Of a stretch of DNA of 34,709 nucleotides, positions 1 to 8,930 are shown in pieces. The stretch covers positions 1 to 34,709 of the forward strand of contig JAWXAY010000002.1 in assembly GCA_034439715.1 (NCBI GenBank), read 5' to 3'. The position numbers and the translations under genes are program-made. Position 1 is the first letter of the stretch. Every line of letters starts with the position of its first letter. The stretch comes from Pseudomonadota bacterium. Its GTDB lineage: Bacteria; Bdellovibrionota; Bdellovibrionia; Bdellovibrionales; SG-bin7. The notes below the pieces were generated by a model. The model searched no databases and was not told where the DNA came from. It was given only the letters and a program-made list of their open reading frames with translations.

Positions 1-2
1 CG

Positions 3-3000
3 AATCAAAAATTACAAATGAGTGCAGGCCCAGTTTATGCTTTTACTTGTGTGGTTGACGATGCTGGGCAGTGGGTAACTTCTGGCGCTAATATCTATTT
101 TAATACAGGCGACGTAGGAATTGGGACGACAAGTCCAAACACTCTTCTCGACATCAATGGAGCTTTTTCACAACGTGGTATGGCAGTTCCCGCTGTTTCT
201 CCCGCTGGCCAAGGCCGAGTTTATTTTGATTCTACTTCTAGTAAGTTCAGAGCTTCTGAAAATGGTGGTGCTTATGTTGATATAATCTCTGGTGGTTTAT
301 CAACGTATCAAGTTCAGGTCGCTACTACTGCCAATATCGCTTTAACAGGCACTCAAACTATTGATGGAGTTGCTGTTGTCAATGGCAGTCGTGTTCTAGT
401 CAAAAATCAAACTTCTACACAGGAAAATGGTGTATACGTTGTGGCGGCAGGAGCTTGGACGCGTGCGACAGATATGGATACTTGGACTGAAACGATTAGC
501 TATACCGTTAAGGTCAGCGAAGGTACATCTTGGGCCGGAATGACATTCTCTTCAAGTACTACCGTGGGTGGAACAATCGACACAAATAGTATTATTTGGA
601 ATGCAGCAGGTTCAGGTTCTGTAGCAAGTCTCAATACAGTATTCGGAACAAATGCATTGAATGCAAACACTACCGGAACTGGTAACACGGCAAATGGAGT
701 ATCTAGTCTGAATGCAAATACAACAGGAATCGACAATACAGCGTATGGAATATACAGTCTTATTCTTAATACAACAGGAAGCCACAACACGACAAGTGGC
801 CGTTCTACACTTAATTCAAATACAACAGGAAACTACAACTCAGCATATGGTCGAAGCTCGATGTCCGGGAATACAACAGGAAGTAACAACACAGCCTATG
901 GCCGAAGCTCACTTTTTTCTAATTCTGCCAAAAACGAATCTACTGCCGTAGGCTACAACTCAATGACATATGCTGATAGCACAACAACATCCGCTATATC
1001 CTACAACACTGCAATAGGTGCCTACTCACTACGGGGAAGTCTTACAGCTTCTAACAATGTCGGTACCAGAAATACCGCCGTAGGACATTCGGCATTAGTT
1101 GGCATGACTTCAGGCTCAAGTAATATCGGTTTTGGTTACAGTGCAGGAAGCGCAGTAACTACCGGAAGCAACAACGTCATCATTGGATCAAATACCGGGG
1201 CTTCGATTGCCACAAGTTCAGATAATATTTTAGTTTCTGATGGTGATGGTACTGAACGTATGCGCGTGGATTCTGCAGGCAACGTCGGTATCGGGACTAC
1301 AACTCCCACAATTGGCACTCGACTCGACATCACCGGCACAGGGGCTGCTGAGAGTTCCATAATTATTCCACGCGATACCACTGGCAATCGTCCCACAGTG
1401 GGTGTGGACGGCATGATGAGATATAACACCAGTAACGGTAAATTTGAAATATATGAGGCGGGAGCCTGGACAAATATGGTAGGTGGTACCTCCTCTAGCG
1501 TAAGTGCTGGTAATGGTACGGTAGGTGCTCCTTCAATGTCATTTTCAGGTGATACCAATACTGGATTTTATAGTAATGGTGCTGACACGGTCGGAATTGC
1601 GGCAGGTGGCGCCAATGTTTTCAATATTTCCTCTACTTCTTTATCTTCTCCCACAACCGGCGGTGCACTTATCACTTCAGGCAATGGTACTGCGGCCGCG
1701 CCAACTTTTAGTTTCGCCGGTGATCCCGACACTGGCTGGTGGCGACCAGCTGCCGATACTATGGCAGCCAGTACTGCGGGGGCAGAACGTATGCGAATTG
1801 ATAGCACCGGAAATGTCGGTATAGGAACTACTCCTACCTCTAAGTTACATGTCGTAGGAGACGTAAGGGTAGATGGCGGAAATCTCGTTTTTGGAGGCAG
1901 CACTGCTTCAATTTTTAATTCGGGCACGGGAGCAGGTAGTAATCTGTTGCTACAAGGCGGCGGAAGTGCGGATGGTTATCTAATACTTAGATCGACCGGA
2001 GCTGTTGGTACAAGTGACTCCATCAGGTTCCAGGTCGGGAATAGTGGCGCCACTGAGGCCATGCGAATAATTTCCTCTGGCAACGTCGGTGTGGGAACTA
2101 CGGTACCCAATGCAAAATTGGCAATTACGGCTGCCGACTATAATGCCATTTCGCTAGCAAATAGTAATACTAACGCTACCGATAAAGGCGCGGTTATTAC
2201 TGGATCAAGAAAGACAAATGCGAATTTACCATTTTCGGGGTTCGGAACTTGGGACAATGGAGTGACTCGAGAAGTAGACATAGGCGGTGGTGGCTGGAAT
2301 AGGCCCGATGCTACGGTGATAAGTTTTTTTACTGCATCTGCTTATAATGAAACAGATGGCAGCTTGGTAAACGAGCGCATGCGAATTAATTCCAGCGGCA
2401 ACGTCGGTATCGGAGTGACAACATTTGGAACTTATTGGGGAACGACTCCCACATTAGAAGTTAAAAGGGGATCGGGCAGTACTCTAATTAACGTAGACAG
2501 TGTAGCGGGAGGAGACAGTGCAATTAGTTTTTCTGGAGCAGGTAGTGCAAAATGGGCTCTGAGTAGTCGAAACAATGCTGATACTCCAAATGACAGACTA
2601 TCATTATATGATAGTTCTAGTGAGAGATTAACTGTACTTCAAGGAGGCAACGTTGGTATCGGAACTACTGCTCCAACAAGTAGTCTGGACGTCTCAAGTA
2701 CTGCGGGCGCCGTTCAAACACTTTCGCGCAATGATACGGATGTAGCCGATAACGATACTATAGGTAAAATCCAATTTTGGAATAACGACACTCAATTGAC
2801 CACCCAACAAATTTACGGAAATATTGAGGTGCGAGCAGCTCAAAACATCACGACGAATGCAGCCGCTTCAGAAATGATTTTTAGAACGACGGGGACTACT
2901 GCAGGGGGAGCGCCTGTTGAGAGGATGAGGATTGATGGCGCAGGAAACATAGGTATCGGAGCAAATTCTCCCGCCTATCCCCTCGAAGTAACTGATACCG

Positions 3001-3923
3001 CAGGCACGGGTGCGGAAATTGGCGTTACAAGCTACGGAATTAATGCAGCCGATGTCGGTAGCTTTGCTGGGAGAGCAGCCAGGGGAACCATGGCCTCGCC
3101 GACCGCACTTCAAACCAATGATCGCATCATTAGTTTTCGTGCCCAAGGCTACGATGGAGCATGGGTAGCAGGCGCGTCAGCCGCCATCGAAATGGATGCC
3201 GCGGAGGTCTGGACGTCATCTGCACATGGCACTTATATGAAGTTTGAAACGACAAACATCGGCAGCGGCTCCCGTACTGAAAAGGTGAGAATCACAGACG
3301 CCGGCAACGTAGGTATCGGAACTACAGCTCCTGGATACCTATTAGATGTCTCGGGCAACAGTGGAAGTGACACTGGGATTCGAGCTATTAATACAAATAA
3401 TGCTGCCGCGGCGAACACGCTAGTTATGTTGGCTAATGACGTGGGGAACTATGGCGGACTTCATTTACGGAGCTCTACACATGCGACGGATCCCAATGCC
3501 CTCACGGTTTTTGCACCGTCAGTAAACACTTCTCTGATCTTTCAGACAAATGGTGCTGAGAAAATGAGAATATTGAGTGGCGGAAACGTTGGTATCGGAA
3601 CTACAGCACCCACAGCGGCATTGGATGTTACGGGGCACATAGCAAGCTCTGGTACCGCCCCCACTGTCGGGACCTGCGGGACGAGTCCCAGTATTACAGG
3701 AACTGATACGCGCGGACAGGTCACATTTGGAACGGGAGCGCCGACGGCTTGTACTATTTCCTTTGCTACCGCATATACAACAACACCCTATTGTATGGCT
3801 ATGGCTTACGGTAGCGATACTGGCGGCAGTTATTGGATCCAATCGACTAGTACTACAACTCTTGTGATCAATGTCTCAACTGGCCTCAGCAGTCAGAAAT
3901 TCAATTACTTTTGTATCCAATAA
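3..3923 (+). CDS. Mosaic fibre/adhesin protein (phage tail-fibre-like, Bdellovibrio MAT-like), probably 5'-partial
   Basis: Frame is open from base 3 (NQKLQ before the ATG at 18). It has nine G(N/D)(V/I)G(I/V)G neck motifs, 17-aa NTTGxxNTAxG repeats, a tail-fibre-like module (VATTANIALTGTQTIDGV..RVLVKNQ..ENGVY), a G/T/S/A/N-rich composition and a Cys-containing C-terminal domain. No S74 chaperone motif is visible. Confidence 0.8.
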   Translation, partial: NQKLQMSAGPVYAFTCVVDDAGQWVTSGANIYFNTGDVGIGTTSPNTLLDINGAFSQRGMAVPAVSPAGQGRVYFDSTSSKFRASENGGAYVDIISGGLSTYQVQVATTANIALTGTQTIDGVAVVNGSRVLVKNQTSTQENGVYVVAAGAWTRATDMDTWTETISYTVKVSEGTSWAGMTFSSSTTVGGTIDTNSIIWNAAGSGSVASLNTVFGTNALNANTTGTGNTANGVSSLNANTTGIDNTAYGIYSLILNTTGSHNTTSGRSTLNSNTTGNYNSAYGRSSMSGNTTGSNNTAYGRSSLFSNSAKNESTAVGYNSMTYADSTTTSAISYNTAIGAYSLRGSLTASNNVGTRNTAVGHSALVGMTSGSSNIGFGYSAGSAVTTGSNNVIIGSNTGASIATSSDNILVSDGDGTERMRVDSAGNVGIGTTTPTIGTRLDITGTGAAESSIIIPRDTTGNRPTVGVDGMMRYNTSNGKFEIYEAGAWTNMVGGTSSSVSAGNGTVGAPSMSFSGDTNTGFYSNGADTVGIAAGGANVFNISSTSLSSPTTGGALITSGNGTAAAPTFSFAGDPDTGWWRPAADTMAASTAGAERMRIDSTGNVGIGTTPTSKLHVVGDVRVDGGNLVFGGSTASIFNSGTGAGSNLLLQGGGSADGYLILRSTGAVGTSDSIRFQVGNSGATEAMRIISSGNVGVGTTVPNAKLAITAADYNAISLANSNTNATDKGAVITGSRKTNANLPFSGFGTWDNGVTREVDIGGGGWNRPDATVISFFTASAYNETDGSLVNERMRINSSGNVGIGVTTFGTYWGTTPTLEVKRGSGSTLINVDSVAGGDSAISFSGAGSAKWALSSRNNADTPNDRLSLYDSSSERLTVLQGGNVGIGTTAPTSSLDVSSTAGAVQTLSRNDTDVADNDTIGKIQFWNNDTQLTTQQIYGNIEVRAAQNITTNAAASEMIFRTTGTTAGGAPVERMRIDGAGNIGIGANSPAYPLEVTDTAGTGAEIGVTSYGINAADVGSFAGRAARGTMASPTALQTNDRIISFRAQGYDGAWVAGASAAIEMDAAEVWTSSAHGTYMKFETTNIGSGSRTEKVRITDAGNVGIGTTAPGYLLDVSGNSGSDTGIRAINTNNAAAANTLVMLANDVGNYGGLHLRSSTHATDPNALTVFAPSVNTSLIFQTNGAEKMRILSGGNVGIGTTAPTAALDVTGHIASSGTAPTVGTCGTSPSITGTDTRGQVTFGTGAPTACTISFATAYTTTPYCMAMAYGSDTGGSYWIQSTSTTTLVINVSTGLSSQKFNYFCIQ
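108..3605 (+). repeat. Dispersed GNVGIGT module-junction repeats in the fibre gene
   Basis: Copies resembling GG(C/A)AACGT(C/T/A)GGTATCGG start at 108, 1278, 1809, 2079, 2397, 2646, 2943, 3303 and 3582, all in frame. Confidence 0.9.
666..920 (+). repeat. Five 51-bp (17-aa) tandem coding repeats NTTGxxNTAxGxxSLxx
   Basis: Units start at 666, 717, 768, 819 and 870. AATACAACAGGA is exact at 717, 768, 819 and 870. Confidence 0.9.
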
Positions 3924-4230
3924 AAGCCCAAAAGAATTTCTAATAGTTAGGATAAGCCAGCCTTTTAGGGCACCGACCACTATCCATTTGAGCAAAATCT
4001 ACACCCTGATAAAAACTAAGATTTCATTTTATTTGCATCACAGCCAATAGGTATCCTATAGTTTTGGCTTGGTCTAAACAGGCTAACCATAGTAAGCCGA
4101 CCATCAGATTTAAGAATAATTTTTTTCGCTTTAACACGCATGCTCCCGAAGAGGTAGGTAACGTGACAATTATTCAATTTTCGCAAAGGCTTTGCATAAG
4201 TTTTTTGAAATCGGTAGTACTGTGTCAATC

Positions 4231-5265
4231 ATGATTAAAACAAGGCTGATTTTGCTGTCGTTATCCTTGGCACTCCTGTGTAGCGGATTTTCCTTTGTAT
4301 TCGCTCAAGAGTACGAAATTGGGCGTAGTGATTTTGAAAAATACCGCGAGAATAAAATCGCGGAGATAACGCAAAAGACTGGCGGCTATCGCCTGCCCTC
4401 TGCCCCATTTGCCCTTTTACATCCTTCGCGCACCAAATATTCCGCCCTTTTGATTCATGGACTTAATGATTCCCCCTATTATCTTAAAGACATCGCTCAG
4501 ATACTGTTTGATAGGGGCTTTAACGTCATTACTGTTTTGCTGCCCGCCCACGGCCTTACGCTTTTGGAAATGAAACAAGTAAGTTATTTGGATTGGATTA
4601 GAGAAGTACAGTTGGGACTAAGGCTTGCCGCTCAGGTTGGTGAAAATGTTACGGTGGGAGGTTTTTCAGCTGGGGGACTGTTGGCTATCAGTTCGGCTTT
4701 AAGCTTTGAATCTGTCAAGGGCCTTTTCTTATTTGCCCCGGCATTAAAAATAAAAAGTGTTTCAGGATTGGGTAATCGCACGGCGGCGTTAACTTGTATT
4801 AGCGGCATAAATAGAATTACTTATGATTCTGAAGTTGGTAATAGCCCAGTTAAATATGGTACACGCGCAGTTAATGGTGCTTGCCAGGTGATTCAACTGG
4901 TCGATCACGTTTACAATTTGGTTGGCAGCGATATTTATTTAAATGATGCAGATAATGTGTTGGTAAAAATAGGTGCCCGCTTAAACGTTCCTACTTTTTT
5001 GACAGTGACGACCTCAGACCTCCATCTGAACTCTAGGTCCATTGTTGAATTCGGGCGTGCTTTAAGGGGCAACAAATCGGTGTTAGTTTATTCTCCTGAA
5101 ACTTTGGATATTTATCCTTTTCTCGGATTAAAGGTAATTACTGGGTACGACATTGAACATGCTGCTGTGGTACTCGAGTCCAATGCTTACAATCGACAAT
5201 TCAATCCCGGATTTTATCATATCCGAGAATCAATGAACGAGTTTCTGAGACTCAATTTTCTATAG
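4231..5265 (+). CDS. Secreted alpha/beta-hydrolase (carboxylesterase/lipase-like)
   Basis: Signal-peptide-like N-terminus from ATG 4231, oxyanion motif LLIHGLNDSP, nucleophile elbow GFSAG, candidate Asp (TTSD) and His (IEHA). Confidence 0.8.
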   Translation: MIKTRLILLSLSLALLCSGFSFVFAQEYEIGRSDFEKYRENKIAEITQKTGGYRLPSAPFALLHPSRTKYSALLIHGLNDSPYYLKDIAQILFDRGFNVITVLLPAHGLTLLEMKQVSYLDWIREVQLGLRLAAQVGENVTVGGFSAGGLLAISSALSFESVKGLFLFAPALKIKSVSGLGNRTAALTCISGINRITYDSEVGNSPVKYGTRAVNGACQVIQLVDHVYNLVGSDIYLNDADNVLVKIGARLNVPTFLTVTTSDLHLNSRSIVEFGRALRGNKSVLVYSPETLDIYPFLGLKVITGYDIEHAAVVLESNAYNRQFNPGFYHIRESMNEFLRLNFL

Positions 5266-5273
5266 TTGATGTT

Positions 5274-6569
5274 TTATGCTGCCAGTTTTCCGACTGTTTT
5301 ATTTAAGCTAGAAACAAGCTTTGTCATAAAGTCGAGCGAATTCATTAAATGAATCTCTTGATTGGTGATTCCTAAGATATAGCCAAATAGGTGAGTGCCA
5401 GCTAAAACTGGGTAAATAGTGATATGGCGAGGGAGTTGGCCAGCATTCCAATGATCAAAAAACAGTTTGTTGCTGGGGTTCATAGAAACTGATCCGTGAA
5501 AGGGCCGTTTGGAGTCATGAGCAATTTTGAAAATATTAGGAACGTCAATGGAAATGGGTGTTGTCTTGAACTTAGGGTCAGGAATCCAGTTTTCTGTCCA
5601 ACGATGAACTTTTAATTTAAAGTCGTCATAGACAAGCACCATGCTTTTTTCAAACGTAGAGCGCATTTCCTTAAAAGCATATGCCGCGAAGTCATCGAGA
5701 TTTTTTATAAGATCAGTATTGACTGGGGCTGCATGTAAATTTACGCCTTTGCCAGTGTTAAAGTTCATTGTTTTTGGCGGATCCAGTTTTACTCCGTCGC
5801 TTGTCGAAGCCTGATCAAAGGGCGGTGGCGGAGGAGGGTGCGGGGCCACTTTTTTCACAGTCGGCGTCGGAGGACTTGGCGGCTTTTGCGGTGCCGACGA
5901 CGCAACTGTGGTCTTTTTCGAAGATGTAAAGGACGGCTTAATGGAGGTTGTAATTGATCCTGTAATAGAACCTGTAGTGGAACCTGTAATAGAACCTGTG
6001 TTGGAACCTGTATTGGAACCCGAAGAAGTGACTGCAGCGTTAGCTTCGTCCATGGCAGTTTTATCAAGACTCAATCCCGCAAAGCTGATATCCGAAAGCA
6101 CTTGTTTTTCTTCACCTTTTTTTTCGTCCTCTTTTACTTGGGTAACTGTCACTTCCACGCCCATGATACTCAAGTTAAACTTCCACAATTGATTAAGCCC
6201 TGAAGCCGGTGCCAATATTAATTTCACCGGTCGTTGAAAATTGGGTAAAGTTTGGGGGGGCTCAACACAACCAATGAAAAGGGTTTCCTCCCAAATCTTT
6301 ATTGGTAAAAAGTCAGGTGTCCATTGAAAATCCATGCGAGTGGAATTCCAGAGTTCTGCGTCTAGATGACTTGAAAAAAATGAACACTCAACCGAGGCCA
6401 ACTGATACTGGTTTCGGGCCCAAGATAGGTATTTTTCTTCATCAATTTTTTTTTCAATGAGCAGTTTATATAGTAGCGACTCATTAGGCTTCACGTCCTT
6501 TTGCCACTCCTGCAATCGGCTTTCACTAATTTCTAGGGCTTTAGCCCAAGGGTGTAGGGATTCCATCAT
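5274..6569 (-). CDS. Hypothetical protein: GspE/PilB N-terminal-like domain, Pro/Ser/Thr-rich linker, GAF-like C-terminal region
   Basis: N-terminus (LLYKLLIEKKIDEEKYLSWARNQYQL..FLPIKIWEETLFIGCVEP..PVKLILA) follows the T2SSE_N pattern. The C-terminus (SMVLVY..PFHG..HITIYPV..LFGYILG) is GAF-like. No Walker A motif. Domain calls are by eye. Confidence 0.55.
   Translation of the reverse strand: MMESLHPWAKALEISESRLQEWQKDVKPNESLLYKLLIEKKIDEEKYLSWARNQYQLASVECSFFSSHLDAELWNSTRMDFQWTPDFLPIKIWEETLFIGCVEPPQTLPNFQRPVKLILAPASGLNQLWKFNLSIMGVEVTVTQVKEDEKKGEEKQVLSDISFAGLSLDKTAMDEANAAVTSSGSNTGSNTGSITGSTTGSITGSITTSIKPSFTSSKKTTVASSAPQKPPSPPTPTVKKVAPHPPPPPPFDQASTSDGVKLDPPKTMNFNTGKGVNLHAAPVNTDLIKNLDDFAAYAFKEMRSTFEKSMVLVYDDFKLKVHRWTENWIPDPKFKTTPISIDVPNIFKIAHDSKRPFHGSVSMNPSNKLFFDHWNAGQLPRHITIYPVLAGTHLFGYILGITNQEIHLMNSLDFMTKLVSSLNKTVGKLAA
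5956..6021. repeat. 12-bp tandem repeat (5.5 copies) encoding GS(N/I/T)T on the minus strand
   Basis: gatcctgtaata gaacctgtagtg gaacctgtaata gaacctgtgttg gaacctgtattg gaaccc. Confidence 0.9.
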
Positions 6570-6574
6570 CTATA

Positions 6575-6601
6575 TTATCGGCTGATTTAAGCTCAGCTTA
6601 A
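6575..6601 (-). promoter_or_regulatory. Sigma28 (FliA)-type promoter
   Basis: Minus strand reads TTAAGCTG-N11-GCCGATAA (consensus TAAAGTTT-N11-GCCGATAA), 5 nt upstream of the ATG at 6569. Confidence 0.7.
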
Positions 6602-6658
6602 CATAACGCAATGTTTAATATTGAAGCAGCAAGCAGAGGATGATAGAAATTCCCCTCT

Positions 6659-7864
6659 ATGATCGACCAAAGTACAGAACATCATAATGAACATGTTTAT
6701 CTAGATTACAATGCGACGACACCAGTCTCTGAAATCGTCAGAAAACATGTTATGGAGTCTCTTGAAAACTGGGGTAATCCCAGTTCGATTCATTGGTATG
6801 GTCGTGGTCCCAAGAATCTACTTCGTGACTCTAGGGCGAGGGTCGGACACATGATTGGGGCCGAAAGCCCACTTGAAGTGGTTTTTACAAGCGGTGGAAG
6901 TGAATCCAACTCTCTTGCCGTCGTTGGTACGTTTGAAGCAATGACCCGCAACCAAAATCCTCGCAATATCTATATTCGTAGTGCCGTCGAGCACCCGAGT
7001 GTCATTAAAGCCTTTAACTCAATTGAAGAAAAGGGCGCCGTGGTTAAAGTTATTCCGGTCAGTCGTACTGGCGAAATTGACTTAGTCCGCTACCGCGAAC
7101 TGTTAACACCGGAAGTGGCTCTGGTTTCCGTGATGTTTGCCAACAATGAAACGGGAGCAATTTTTCCGATAAAAAAAATGTCCAAACTCGCGCACGATGA
7201 GGGAGCCTTGTTTCATACTGACTCCGTTCAGGGCTTAGGAAAAGTTCCCTTGAAAGTAGAGCATCTGGGCGTCGACCTCGCTAGTTTTTCAGCTCACAAA
7301 TTTTACGCGCTAAAAGGTTGTGGGGTTCTCTATGTAAAAAGGGGAACAATCCTGGAGCCGCAAATTTATGGCGGCGGTCAGGAGCGCGGACGCCGGGGCG
7401 GAACCGAAAACTTAATGGGCATAGTCTCTCTGGCGATTACCGACGGGTTGTTAAAACATAGCGATGAATATTGCGGCAAAGTGCTCTCGCTTCGTATTTA
7501 TCTCGAAGAAAAAGTCCTCAAGGATATTCCTAACGTAGAAGTTATTGCTAAAGATGCCAAACGTCTACCCAACACGAGTTGCTTTATTCTCGATCGAGTT
7601 AGTGGCGAAACTTTACTTATGAATTTGGATCTTAAGGGTTTTAGTGTGAGCACCGGTTCAGCTTGTAGTTCGGGAAATCCTGAGCCAAGTGCGGCTTTAC
7701 TCGCGATGGGCATTAAGCACAGCGAAGCTCAGTCGACACTTCGAGTAAGCTTAGGTTGGTTAACAAGTAAATCCGAAATTGATCGGTTTGTAAAAACACT
7801 TGCACAAGTGGTGACTCGCCTTCGCCAAATTGATGATGAAGCAATGGCGGAATATGGAATATAA
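6659..7864 (+). CDS. iscS: Cysteine desulfurase (IscS/NifS group I)
   Basis: YLDYNATTP, FTSGGSESN, PLP lysine in SAHKFY, catalytic Cys in GSACSS; lies directly upstream of mnmA. Confidence 0.93.
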   Translation: MIDQSTEHHNEHVYLDYNATTPVSEIVRKHVMESLENWGNPSSIHWYGRGPKNLLRDSRARVGHMIGAESPLEVVFTSGGSESNSLAVVGTFEAMTRNQNPRNIYIRSAVEHPSVIKAFNSIEEKGAVVKVIPVSRTGEIDLVRYRELLTPEVALVSVMFANNETGAIFPIKKMSKLAHDEGALFHTDSVQGLGKVPLKVEHLGVDLASFSAHKFYALKGCGVLYVKRGTILEPQIYGGGQERGRRGGTENLMGIVSLAITDGLLKHSDEYCGKVLSLRIYLEEKVLKDIPNVEVIAKDAKRLPNTSCFILDRVSGETLLMNLDLKGFSVSTGSACSSGNPEPSAALLAMGIKHSEAQSTLRVSLGWLTSKSEIDRFVKTLAQVVTRLRQIDDEAMAEYGI

Positions 7865-8930
7865 AGGTCGTGTCCTAGTTGCTATGAGCGGAGGAGTTGA
7901 CAGTAGTGTTGCGGCTTTGCTTTTGAAAGAGCAGGGCTATGATGTTGTTGGTGTTACAATGCAAGTGTGGGACTATAGCGAGTGCGATATCGAGGAAGGT
8001 GCCGGCACGTGCTGCTCAAGCATCGATGTGGATGATGCCAGGGCCGTTGCCGATAAATTAAAGTTTCCTTTTTATGTACTCAATTGCGAAGATAAGTTTC
8101 ATGCCAAAGTCATTACTCCTTTTCTCAACGACTATATTCATGGCCGCACACCTAGCCCATGTGTTAACTGCAATACCTATTTAAAATTTGATCACCTCAT
8201 ACGTAAAATGCGTGAGCTAGAGTGCGATTACCTAGCGACGGGCCACTATGCGCAAATATTGAAAAACGAAGCCGGCCGTAATGTTATTGTCGCCAGTTTT
8301 GATGACTGGAAAGACCAAACCTATTTTTTATTTACAATCGAGCGAAATATTATTGATCGGATTTTGTTTCCGATTGGACACATGAAAAAAGAAGTTGTTA
8401 GAGCATTAGCAATTGAGCATGGTCTAATCAATGCCCGAAAAAAAGACTCTACCGGAATATGTTTCGTGGGCAATGGCGATTACGCAAACTTTGTAAAAGC
8501 CAATGTAGATGCGGATTTGTTAAAGCCGGGACTTATCCGCAAGTACCCCGATGGGGAAGCACTTGGTCCCCATTCTGGAATCCACGGGTTTACCTACGGT
8601 CAACGTAAAGGTTTAGGGCTTAATCATCACGAACCCTTATTCGTCTTAAAGATTGATCCCGTGACTCACACTGTATGGGTGGGAGAAGAAAAGCATCTTT
8701 ACACTTCAGAATTTGAAACAGCCGAGTGCAATCTGCTAGATCAAATCGTGCCAGGTGAAAACATTAAAGTTAGGATTAGGCATCATCACCCTGGGGCTGG
8801 TGCCAAACTTTTTCCGACGGAAAAAGGTTTCAGAGTGCGATTTGACGAGCCACAAAGGGCAATTACACCAGGGCAAGCGGCAGTATTTTATCGCGAGAAT
8901 CAGCTTTTAGGCGGCGGATGGATCGTCTAA
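7854..8930 (+). CDS. mnmA: tRNA-specific 2-thiouridylase MnmA
   Basis: PP-loop AMSGGVDSS, PCVNCN, LATGHY, KDQTYFL, DSTGICF, TYGQRKGL, AITPGQAAVFY; ATG at 7854 overlaps the end of iscS. Confidence 0.97.
   Translation: MEYKGRVLVAMSGGVDSSVAALLLKEQGYDVVGVTMQVWDYSECDIEEGAGTCCSSIDVDDARAVADKLKFPFYVLNCEDKFHAKVITPFLNDYIHGRTPSPCVNCNTYLKFDHLIRKMRELECDYLATGHYAQILKNEAGRNVIVASFDDWKDQTYFLFTIERNIIDRILFPIGHMKKEVVRALAIEHGLINARKKDSTGICFVGNGDYANFVKANVDADLLKPGLIRKYPDGEALGPHSGIHGFTYGQRKGLGLNHHEPLFVLKIDPVTHTVWVGEEKHLYTSEFETAECNLLDQIVPGENIKVRIRHHHPGAGAKLFPTEKGFRVRFDEPQRAITPGQAAVFYRENQLLGGGWIV

Noticed and set aside
666..920. Regularly spaced repeats that could be mistaken for a CRISPR array
   Set aside because: The period is exactly 51 bp, in frame within a long ORF, with synonymous variation. 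No cas genes are present.
500..3842. Several short antisense or alternate-frame ORFs within the adhesin (similar ones occur in the housekeeping genes)
   Set aside because: They are shadows of the main genes' codon bias and have no independent motifs.
3600..3923. Adhesin tip as a diversity-generating retroelement target
   Set aside because: No reverse transcriptase and no template/variable repeat pair in the window.
3966..3985. CGACCACTAT, similar to part of the 27-bp inverted-repeat arm
   Set aside because: Only 9/10 nt match, which is expected by chance.
4016..4228. 70-aa minus-strand ORF and imperfect hairpin (about 4042-4069) in the intergenic region
   Set aside because: No RBS or motif, and the hairpin does not match a riboswitch or clean terminator pattern I can support.
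6446..6454. T9 run and other A/T homopolymers in genes as phase-variation sites
   Set aside because: Those reading frames are intact and such runs are common in this AT-rich, Lys-rich sequence.
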